Shown in pieces: positions 50,033 through 57,079 of a DNA stretch of 64,000 nucleotides. The notes under the pieces are model-generated. The model was not told the DNA's origin. It saw nothing but the letters and a program-made list of their open reading frames with translations, and did no database searches. Source of the stretch: a virus. The stretch lies in the IMG/VR virus record IMGVR_UViG_3300020469_000010. One strand, 5' to 3'. Position numbers and translations under genes: made by a program. How positions within the stretch are numbered: the stretch's first letter is position 1; each line of letters opens with the position of its first letter.

Positions 50033-50687
50033 TTCAACTATTAATATTCTAAAAAACTTTTCCAACATTAATCAATCTCTTTTATTCAAGAGTGGCAACA
50101 AACTTCGCACAATTAGTGTGATGAAGAATATTCTTGCTGAAGTTGAAGTAACTGAAGAGTTTCCAAAAGATTTTGGTATCTATGATCTGAGTCAATTTCT
50201 TATGGGTTTAAGTCTGCATAAAGATCCTGAACTTGATATTGAGGACGATTCCTACATGGTTATCCGTGAAGGCAAGATGCGTTCTAAGTATTTCTTTGCC
50301 GATCCCAATGTAATTGTTACACCTCCAGAAAAAGATATTGTTCTTCAGTCTGAAGATGTTAATTTTACTCTATCCACTACTCAACTTGATAAACTTCTGA
50401 AGGCATCTTCTGTTTATCAATTGCCTGATCTTTCTGTAGTTGGTAATGCTGGTATAGTCAAACTAGTTGTATCTGACCGTAAGAACGATACATCTAATGA
50501 CTTCTCTATTATTGTTGGTGAGACTGATGCAACTTTCAGTTTCAACTTCAAAGTTGAGAATATTAAGATTCTTCCTGGTAGTTACAATGTTTCTATCTCT
50601 AAGAAACTTCTTTCCAAGTTTGTTAGTGAAGATAAGAATTTGACTTACTGGGTAGCACTAGAACCAGATTCTACTTACAATGATTGA
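50019..50687 (+). CDS. gp45: Sliding clamp gp45
   Basis: MKLS..T..ILKNFS.IN, FGIYDL..FL, YWVALE. Confidence 0.96.
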   Translation: MKLSDSTINILKNFSNINQSLLFKSGNKLRTISVMKNILAEVEVTEEFPKDFGIYDLSQFLMGLSLHKDPELDIEDDSYMVIREGKMRSKYFFADPNVIVTPPEKDIVLQSEDVNFTLSTTQLDKLLKASSVYQLPDLSVVGNAGIVKLVVSDRKNDTSNDFSIIVGETDATFSFNFKVENIKILPGSYNVSISKKLLSKFVSEDKNLTYWVALEPDSTYND

Positions 50688-51108
50688 TCAATCCAATAAA
50701 AAGGATTATCAAGGACCACTTTATGCTCCATGGCATAAGGTGGTTGTGGGCAAACAAATGAACAATTTGAAAATGAAACACATCTTATTTACTTTGAAGG
50801 GATGTGATACCTTTCTCCTTAATGATGAACTAATCGTAAAAAATTTAATTATTAATGCGGCAGAGATTTGTAGTTCAAAACTTCTTGCAATAAACTCTCA
50901 CAAGTTTGAACCTCAAGGTGTAACTTGTTTGGCAATGCTTGCTGAGTCTCATATTAGTATTCATACTTGGCCAGAGAAAGGTATGGCAGTGTGTGATGTT
51001 TTTACATGTGGAGCACACACAGAACCAGAAAAGGCAGTAGAATATATGCGTCTTGCTCTTGAAGCAAAAGACATTATCGTTAATGAATTTGTGAGACCTT
51101 TAGAATGA
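50680..51108 (+). CDS. speD: S-adenosylmethionine decarboxylase proenzyme family (pyruvoyl-dependent); alternative starts at 50758 and 50773
   Basis: FEPQGVT...LAESHISIHTWPE...DVFTCG. Confidence 0.9.
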   Translation: MIDQSNKKDYQGPLYAPWHKVVVGKQMNNLKMKHILFTLKGCDTFLLNDELIVKNLIINAAEICSSKLLAINSHKFEPQGVTCLAMLAESHISIHTWPEKGMAVCDVFTCGAHTEPEKAVEYMRLALEAKDIIVNEFVRPLE

Positions 51109-52058
51109 CCATGCGTGATGAATTTTTGTGGGTTGAGAAGTATCGACCCAAAACTGTAGAAGAGTGTATACTTCCTGACAATATCAAAAAAACATTTAAA
51201 AGTTTCCTAGATAAAGGAGAGATTCCTAACCTGCTTCTAGCAGGTCCACCCGGAATCGGAAAGACAACGATTGCTAAGGCACTTTGTCATCAACTTGGAG
51301 CTGACTATTATGTCATCAACGGATCCGATGAAGGACGATTCCTTGATACCGTCCGGAACCAAGCCAAGAATTTTGCTTCGACCGTATCACTTTCGTCATC
51401 TGACGCAAAGCACAAAGTCATCATTATTGACGAGGCTGACAACACAACCCACGATGTACAACTCCTCTTACGGGCAAATATTGAGGCATTTTATAGCAAC
51501 TGCCGATTCATCTTTACCTGTAACTTCAAAAACAAAATCATCGAACCTCTTCACTCCAGATGTTCCGTCATCGACTTTGGAATCAACGGAAAGAGTAAAC
51601 CAGAAATTGCAGCAAAATTCTTCAACCGTCTCAAGACTATCTTGGAGACAGAGAATATTAAATATGATCAAAAAGTTCTCATCGAACTTGTAAACAAACA
51701 TTTTCCTGATTGGAGACGTGTTCTAAACGAATGCCAAAGATATTCTGCTAGTGGAAAAATTGATAGTGCTATTCTTGCAGAATTTTCTGATGTCAATACT
51801 AAAAATCTAGTCAAGTTTCTTAAAGACAAAAACTTTCCTGAAGTACGCAAGTGGATTGTTTCCAATCTAGATAATGATACTTCTGTACTATTGCGTCGTA
51901 TTTATGATGCTTGTTATGATTCTTTAGTTCCTGGTTCTATTCCTGCTGCTGTACTTGTTCTTGCTAAGTATCAGTATCAAGGTGCTTTTGTTGCTGATCA
52001 AGAGATAAACATGCTTGCTTGTCTAACTGAAATTATGGTGGAGTGTGAATTCAAGTGA
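51105..52058 (+). CDS. gp44: Clamp loader large subunit gp44
   Basis: WVEKYRP, GPPGIGKTT, IIDEAD, PLHSRC. Confidence 0.97.
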   Translation: MTMRDEFLWVEKYRPKTVEECILPDNIKKTFKSFLDKGEIPNLLLAGPPGIGKTTIAKALCHQLGADYYVINGSDEGRFLDTVRNQAKNFASTVSLSSSDAKHKVIIIDEADNTTHDVQLLLRANIEAFYSNCRFIFTCNFKNKIIEPLHSRCSVIDFGINGKSKPEIAAKFFNRLKTILETENIKYDQKVLIELVNKHFPDWRRVLNECQRYSASGKIDSAILAEFSDVNTKNLVKFLKDKNFPEVRKWIVSNLDNDTSVLLRRIYDACYDSLVPGSIPAAVLVLAKYQYQGAFVADQEINMLACLTEIMVECEFK

Positions 52059-52453
52059 CTAATTTTTCTCCAAAGGGAATATTTAAGGAATGTTCAAATT
52101 TATCTCAACAAGTTACAATGGGTGTTACTAGAGGAATGTCCAAAGTAGCAACACTGGGATATCTTCCTGCTAGTTTTACTGCTGATGCTCAATCTGATGT
52201 AGACTTTTTGGCCTATAATCCCACTACAGGAGATGTTAAAAAGGTTCAATGTAAAACTACAACTTACAGAAAAGAAAAACACTATATTGCTTCCTTAAAA
52301 AGTGGAGGTAAAGGTAAGGGTAATCGAAAAGTTGCAAAAGATTATGATTGGTTGTTTGTATTAGATGCTGAAGGTAATGAATTTCTCATTGATTATGCTG
52401 AGATTAAAGACAGAACAACACAAGTTACTATGATGGAGTGTGAATTCAAATGA
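52055..52453 (+). CDS. Putative PD-(D/E)XK nuclease
   Basis: DVDFLAY......KKVQCKTT motif; YDWLFVL. Confidence 0.6.
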   Translation: MTNFSPKGIFKECSNLSQQVTMGVTRGMSKVATLGYLPASFTADAQSDVDFLAYNPTTGDVKKVQCKTTTYRKEKHYIASLKSGGKGKGNRKVAKDYDWLFVLDAEGNEFLIDYAEIKDRTTQVTMMECEFK

Positions 52454-53142
52454 ATCAAGTAATTACTAAGGGTAAAGTTAAAACGGTTATTCAGTGTCTT
52501 GATGAAAATCAAGTTTTAATTCAGTATCACGATAAAGTTACTGCGGGTAATGGTGCTAAAGAAGAAAATTTTGAAGGTAAGGGAAAACTTACTGCTGAAA
52601 TTTCGTCTTTAATTTTTAAAAAATTGGAAGAGGCAGGAATCAATACACACTTCATTCAGTCTGCTGGAAAGGGAATGATGCGATGTAAAAAAGTTGCAAT
52701 CATTCCTATCGAAGTTGTAGTCAGAAATATTGCTGATGGTTCTATCGTCAGGGATACTAGAATTCCAAAAAACACGGTATTCAGTCCTCCCTTGATTGAA
52801 TTTTATTTGAAAGATGATAGTAAAAATGATCCTCTTATAACTGAAGATAGATTATCTCTAATGGGATACAAGGATTTGAGATTTATTAAAAGGTATGCTG
52901 CAGAAGTAAATGCTGTTGTTTCTACACTCTTTAATAAAATTGGAATCACTCTAGTAGATTTTAAACTTGAGTTTGGTTCAACTGTTGATGGTGAAATTGT
53001 TGTCGCTGACGAAATCAGTCCAGATGGATGTAGATTGCGTAACTCAGATAATAAAAGTATGGACAAAGACTTGTTTAGAAAAAATGAGGGTGATATTATT
53101 AAAGCATACTCTCAAATACTAAAATCTTTGAAGGAGATTTGA
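52450..53142 (+). CDS. purC: SAICAR synthetase
   Basis: GKVK, IPIEVVVRN.A.GS, EFYLKDD...DP, LVDFKLEFG, ADEISPD.CR, DKD.FR. Confidence 0.95.
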   Translation: MNQVITKGKVKTVIQCLDENQVLIQYHDKVTAGNGAKEENFEGKGKLTAEISSLIFKKLEEAGINTHFIQSAGKGMMRCKKVAIIPIEVVVRNIADGSIVRDTRIPKNTVFSPPLIEFYLKDDSKNDPLITEDRLSLMGYKDLRFIKRYAAEVNAVVSTLFNKIGITLVDFKLEFGSTVDGEIVVADEISPDGCRLRNSDNKSMDKDLFRKNEGDIIKAYSQILKSLKEI

Positions 53143-53159
53143 ATGGAGTGTGACTTCAA

Positions 53160-53417
53160 GTGAAACATCATATTCCTGATGAAATTAGAAAGAATGGATT
53201 TGTCTGTTTTGGAATTTTAAACAAAGCAGAGAGGGCAGTTATAATGATGGGTGATGATGCTTACAGAGAATCATTAGACCTTGAGAATGATGATGCTCCG
53301 TGCTGGAAAATGCCTTCCAGTGAAACATATGGATTTGTAGGTTGGAATCCTCAATGTGTTCCAACTATTGATTATATTGTATGGAAACTTGATAGACATG
53401 CAAAACTGGTATCATGA
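53160..53417 (+). CDS. Hypothetical protein
   Basis: GTG start inside repeat copy 3 with an upstream GGAG; tight gene packing. Confidence 0.6.
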   Translation: MKHHIPDEIRKNGFVCFGILNKAERAVIMMGDDAYRESLDLENDDAPCWKMPSSETYGFVGWNPQCVPTIDYIVWKLDRHAKLVS

Positions 53418-53614
53418 GAGATCATATGAATAAGAATGATCTTGAAGAATTGAAATATGATGTAGCACATCATTTACTTAGTAAAATGAGTAAAGGTTCT
53501 CAATTTCAATATGCCTTAGATAAAATGCTAGAACTCTGTGATCAATACACAGAAAAAGAGTTGAAAGATTTATTACCCAAACAAAAGAAAAAAACAAAAG
53601 GAGGAGGATTCTGA
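53414..53614 (+). CDS. Hypothetical protein
   Basis: ATGA overlap; ends KKKTKGGGF. Confidence 0.6.
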   Translation: MRDHMNKNDLEELKYDVAHHLLSKMSKGSQFQYALDKMLELCDQYTEKELKDLLPKQKKKTKGGGF

Positions 53615-53907
53615 TGATTGATGTAAAATTGCTAAGAATTTTGACGGGAGAAGAAGTTGTCGCAGAAATTGTGGAAGAGAATGATGCAGAAATTGTTATT
53701 AGAAATGGTCTTGTAGTTCTTCCGACAAATACTGGTGTAGGATTTGCACCATGGGCAACTGTCATTAGTAAAGAAAAACCAGAAATTTCTATTTCAAAAA
53801 AACATATCGTGTATATTGTAGAAGTTCAAGAGGATGTATGTAAAAAGTATGAACAAATGTTTGGAAGTAAACTAGTTACTCCTGATTCTAAAAAACTTAT
53901 CCTTTAA
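53614..53907 (+). CDS. Conserved hypothetical protein, Sm-like pattern
   Basis: VKLLRILTGEEVVAEI...FAPW...Y.QMFGS; strong SD GGAGG. Confidence 0.65.
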   Translation: MIDVKLLRILTGEEVVAEIVEENDAEIVIRNGLVVLPTNTGVGFAPWATVISKEKPEISISKKHIVYIVEVQEDVCKKYEQMFGSKLVTPDSKKLIL

Positions 53908-53921
53908 TTTATTATTTTATT

Positions 53922-54797
53922 ATGAAAGCATTGAAGACACCATTAAGGTATCCTGGAGGAAAGTCTAAAGCAATTAAGACTCTTTCTCAGTGGTATCCAA
54001 AAATTATCACTGAATATCGTGAACCATTTATTGGTGGTGGGTCTATTGCAATTGATGTGACTAAGGCAAATCCAGATATTCCTGTATGGATAAATGACCT
54101 GTATGTGCCCTTGTACAATTTCTGGGTACAACTACGAGATCGTGGTCGAGACCTCTCAGAGAGTGTTAGAGAGCAGAAAGAGAAGATGCTTGAGAGTGGA
54201 ACTCAAGAAGAAAAGGACAAATTTGCCAAAAACCTGTTCGATCAGTATGCCTCAGAGATTGACACCTATGACAAATTTGAGAAAGCAGTTGCTTTCTTTA
54301 TCATGAATAAGTGTAGTTATTCTGGACTAACTGAGAATAGTTCTTTCTCTCGCACTGCTGCTAACTCTAACTTCTCTTTAGTTGGTGCAGACAAACTTGC
54401 ACAATTTTCAAAACTTATCAAAAATTGGAATATCACCAATATTGATTATTCTAAAGTTATGAATGCTTCTGGATTAGATAATACTTTTGTATTTCTTGAT
54501 CCTCCTTATGATATCAAAGATTTTTTGTATGGAAAGAATCGTGAAATGCATAAATCATTTGATCATGAAGTATTTGCTGAAAATGTATATGCATGTCCTC
54601 ATAACTTTATGATCACTTACAATGTAAATGATCGTTTACTTGAGTTGTATAAAGATTATCATCTTGAGTATTGGAAACTACGTTATTCCATGGTCCACCG
54701 TGGAGATAAAAATACTCAGGATAATGTAAAGACTGAGTTACTTGTTACAAATTATTCTCTTACACCACTCACACCCCTAGAAGAACAATGGAACTGA
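53922..54797 (+). CDS. dam: DNA adenine methyltransferase (Dam/D12 class)
   Basis: LRYPGGKS, EPFIGGGS, FLDPPY, ELLVTNY. Confidence 0.92.
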   Translation: MKALKTPLRYPGGKSKAIKTLSQWYPKIITEYREPFIGGGSIAIDVTKANPDIPVWINDLYVPLYNFWVQLRDRGRDLSESVREQKEKMLESGTQEEKDKFAKNLFDQYASEIDTYDKFEKAVAFFIMNKCSYSGLTENSSFSRTAANSNFSLVGADKLAQFSKLIKNWNITNIDYSKVMNASGLDNTFVFLDPPYDIKDFLYGKNREMHKSFDHEVFAENVYACPHNFMITYNVNDRLLELYKDYHLEYWKLRYSMVHRGDKNTQDNVKTELLVTNYSLTPLTPLEEQWN

Positions 54798-55168
54798 AAG
54801 ATTGGCTTAACTCTATTAATCAAACAAAAACAAATTTGATTGAAGAAGATCCTTCTGTTACCAAAGAATATCCACCATATATTATTAATAGATGTTTATC
54901 CGGACATCTTGATTGTATTATGTTTGTTAATGAAATGAATAAGTATCATTTTTTAGATAAAGATATGCAATATTCATTTTTACTAAATAGTCTCAGGAAA
55001 AAGAAGAGATTCTCTCCTTGGATTCGTAAAGAAAAAATTGATGATCTTAATACCATAAAAAAATATTATGGATATTCTGATGAAAAGTCAAAGGAAGCTT
55101 TAAGAATTCTTACAACTGACCAGATCAACTTCATTAGATCTAAATTTGAAACAGGTGGAAAAAAATGA
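54788..55168 (+). CDS. gp62: Clamp loader small subunit gp62
   Basis: YPPYIINRCLS, MQY.FL...RK.KRFSPW, YYGYS.EK. Confidence 0.93.
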   Translation: MELKDWLNSINQTKTNLIEEDPSVTKEYPPYIINRCLSGHLDCIMFVNEMNKYHFLDKDMQYSFLLNSLRKKKRFSPWIRKEKIDDLNTIKKYYGYSDEKSKEALRILTTDQINFIRSKFETGGKK

Positions 55169-55605
55169 CAAAGATTGTTGAACCTCAGGTTACATGGTCT
55201 CCAGCTATGATGGTAGAGATCAACTTAAGAGAACCTGATGATTTCCTCAAGGTTCGTGAAACTCTTACTCGTATTGGTGTTGCTTCTCGTAAAGAAAAAA
55301 AGTTATATCAATCTTGCCATATCCTTCATAAACAAGGAAAGTACTATATTGTACACTTCAAAGAATTATTTGCTCTCGATGGCAAATATGCTAATATCAC
55401 TTTCAATGATGTTCAACGTCGCAATAGAATTGTAAAACTTTTGGTTGACTGGGAACTTGTTGGTTTGGTAGATGAAGAAAAAATTGTTGATATTGCACCT
55501 TTAAACCAAATTAAAGTTATTGCTTATAAGGAAAAGAGTGACTGGATTCTTGAGCAAAAATATAATATTGGGGCAAAGAAAAAAAGGACCGAAGAAACCG
55601 AATAG
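55165..55605 (+). CDS. regA: Translational repressor RegA
   Basis: DDFLKVRETLTRIG, LYQSCHILHKQGKYYIVHFKELF.LDG. Confidence 0.97.
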   Translation: MTKIVEPQVTWSPAMMVEINLREPDDFLKVRETLTRIGVASRKEKKLYQSCHILHKQGKYYIVHFKELFALDGKYANITFNDVQRRNRIVKLLVDWELVGLVDEEKIVDIAPLNQIKVIAYKEKSDWILEQKYNIGAKKKRTEETE

Positions 55606-55611
55606 AAAACT

Positions 55612-55636
55612 ACGGGGTTTACCACCTCGTTTTTTT
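55612..55636 (+). terminator. Rho-independent terminator after regA
   Basis: ACGGGGT-TTACC-ACCTCGT stem followed by a T run. Confidence 0.75.
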
Positions 55637-55653
55637 ATGCTATGATATAAATA
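55618..55653 (+). promoter_or_regulatory. Overlapping sigma70-like and late promoters for hsp20
   Basis: TTTACC-17 nt-TATGAT (55618-55646) and TATAAATA (55646-55653). Confidence 0.7.
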
Positions 55654-55654
55654 A

Positions 55655-55711
55655 GTGCGGATGCCTTCGGGGTCCACACAATCAAATCTCGCTTTAAAAG
55701 GAGAAGTACAA
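55655..55711 (+). promoter_or_regulatory. Structured hsp20 leader, ROSE-like RNA thermometer candidate
   Basis: A cUUCGg hairpin, then UCUCGCUU pairing with AAGGAGA (the SD) with a bulged G. Confidence 0.6.
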
Positions 55712-56146
55712 ATGGGAAACCTTGCACGGTACAATGCCGCTGATTTATCTCAGCTAATGGATCGCATAAATAAGAATAGTATTGGTATGGATGAATACTT
55801 TGGTAGGTTGTTTGACCTGCACGAAACAACTTCCAATTATCCACCATATAACTTGGTTACAGTAAGTAATGTAGAATCGAGATTAGAATTAGCACTGGCA
55901 GGATTTAAAAAGAAACAAGTAAATGTCTACACGCAAGACGGTAAACTCTTTGTCGAAGGACAACGAGAAGATGGAGAAACTGGAACAGACTATATCCATA
56001 GAGGAGTGGCTCAACGATCTTTCACACGGTGCTGGACACTCAGTGACGAGACGGAAGTTAGATCAGTTAGCTTTGAGGATGGGCTTCTAGCTATTACTTT
56101 GGGTAAAATTGTTCCCGAAGCACACAAACGAAGAGATTATTTATGA
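55712..56146 (+). CDS. hsp20: Small heat shock protein
   Basis: NYPPYN, LELALAGF, YIHRGVAQRSFTR, FEDGLL.I.L; SD AAGGAG before ATG 55712. Confidence 0.95.
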   Translation: MGNLARYNAADLSQLMDRINKNSIGMDEYFGRLFDLHETTSNYPPYNLVTVSNVESRLELALAGFKKKQVNVYTQDGKLFVEGQREDGETGTDYIHRGVAQRSFTRCWTLSDETEVRSVSFEDGLLAITLGKIVPEAHKRRDYL

Positions 56147-56412
56147 AAAAGTTTATTATTGGATTGACAGCATTATTGATTTCGTCTCCAGTTTATGCAC
56201 ACCCAAGAAATCTTGATTTGGGTGGTATATATCATTACCCTAAAAAAGATGTCATAGTAAAAAATGACTGGAAACGGTGCAAAAAAATTAAATATGTAAC
56301 TCGTTATGATAAATGGGGATGGTATACTGAACGCAAAATTAGTTCTTTAACACCTTGTTTTAAGTATAAAAATAATGCAAAAACAAGGATAAAGGTTATT
56401 ATTAAGGACTAA
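56143..56412 (+). CDS. Hypothetical basic protein with an N-terminal signal peptide
   Basis: MKKFIIGLTALLISSPVYA|H; two Cys. Confidence 0.6.
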   Translation: MKKFIIGLTALLISSPVYAHPRNLDLGGIYHYPKKDVIVKNDWKRCKKIKYVTRYDKWGWYTERKISSLTPCFKYKNNAKTRIKVIIKD

Positions 56413-56440
56413 ATACTTTGGTATCGTCGCCGCAATGCGT

Positions 56441-56480
56441 GGGGAGACTGGCAAAAACCAGTTGACTCCCCCCTTTTTTT
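56441..56480 (+). terminator. Long terminator hairpin overlapping a sigma70-like promoter
   Basis: GGGGAG-ACTGG-CAAAAA-CCAGT-TGA-CTCCCC, then T7. TTGACT (56462)-17 nt-TAAAAT (56485). Confidence 0.8.
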
Positions 56481-56511
56481 ATGCTAAAATTATTCTAGGG
56501 AATTTAAAACA

Positions 56512-56874
56512 ATGACTGTAAAACTAGCAAGATTGAAATCCGGTGAAGAAATTGTCGCCGATGTAAAAGAAATGATTAACGATAATAAAGTCGTCGGTTA
56601 TTTCTTCAAAAAACCTTGTGTGGTTCGTATGAAAAATATTCAGGGTGTTGAGGCAAAGACGGAAGTAGTATTCGATATTTCTTTGACACCTTGGGTCCCA
56701 CTTGGTAAAGGTCCGGTCTATCCAGTAGCAATGGATTGGATTATGACTTTCGTTGATCCAATCGATAAATTGATGGAAGCATACAAAACACAAATTTTAG
56801 AACAGGATGATGAAGCATATGGAGAAGTCAGCGATAATGATTATGGTTTTGACGGACCAGACTCAACTGATTAG
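56512..56874 (+). CDS. Conserved hypothetical protein, Sm-like pattern
   Basis: VKLARLKSGEEIVADV...KPCVV...LTPWVP. Confidence 0.65.
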   Translation: MTVKLARLKSGEEIVADVKEMINDNKVVGYFFKKPCVVRMKNIQGVEAKTEVVFDISLTPWVPLGKGPVYPVAMDWIMTFVDPIDKLMEAYKTQILEQDDEAYGEVSDNDYGFDGPDSTD

Positions 56875-57079
56875 TCAAATTGAAGAAATCGGAGCAGATA
56901 TTGGTGAACCAGATTGTAAATTAACAGAACCGTTTGTAATTAGTAAACAGGGTATGTTAACTCCATGGTTGATTAATGTCACAGATGAAAATCAGTTTAT
57001 GATTTCATCTGATAAAATATTGACACTTGTGGAACCTAATTCTGCATTTATACAAAAATATAAAGATCTCTTGAAATGA
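56819..57079 (+). CDS. Conserved hypothetical protein, Sm-like pattern (start uncertain; overlaps the upstream gene)
   Basis: LISQIEE...GEPDCKLTEPF...LTPWL...SDKILTLVEP. Confidence 0.65.
   Translation: MEKSAIMIMVLTDQTQLISQIEEIGADIGEPDCKLTEPFVISKQGMLTPWLINVTDENQFMISSDKILTLVEPNSAFIQKYKDLLK

Larger units (their letters stand above)
52039..53163 (+). repeat. Three 20-bp direct repeats of the gp44 3' end (52039-52058, 52434-52453, 53144-53163)
   Basis: TGGAGTGTGAATTCAAGTGA / TGGAGTGTGAATTCAAATGA / TGGAGTGTGACTTCAAGTGA. Confidence 0.92.
3235..56415 (+). promoter_or_regulatory. Dispersed T4-type late promoters (A/C)TAAATA at 3235, 3755, 14087, 17893, 25203, 29579, 32521, 34222, 34420, 35377/35381, 38240, 55647 and 56409
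   Basis: Match the gp55-dependent TATAAATA core and sit at gene boundaries, mostly ahead of structural genes. Full TATAAATA at 34419 and 55646. Confidence 0.75.

Noticed and set aside
52039-53163. CRISPR-like or integron attC interpretation of the three repeats
   Set aside because: The intervals are whole genes (375 and 690 nt), there is no attC-like structure, and no cas or integrase gene is present. Reported as a cassette-like array instead.
34662-55711. Extended ORF-track starts (34662, 45793, 48214, 49304, 55655)
   Set aside because: They overlap upstream genes or promoters. Downstream ATGs (34722, 45922, 48301, 49409/49442, 55712) fit family N-termini and regulatory signals better.
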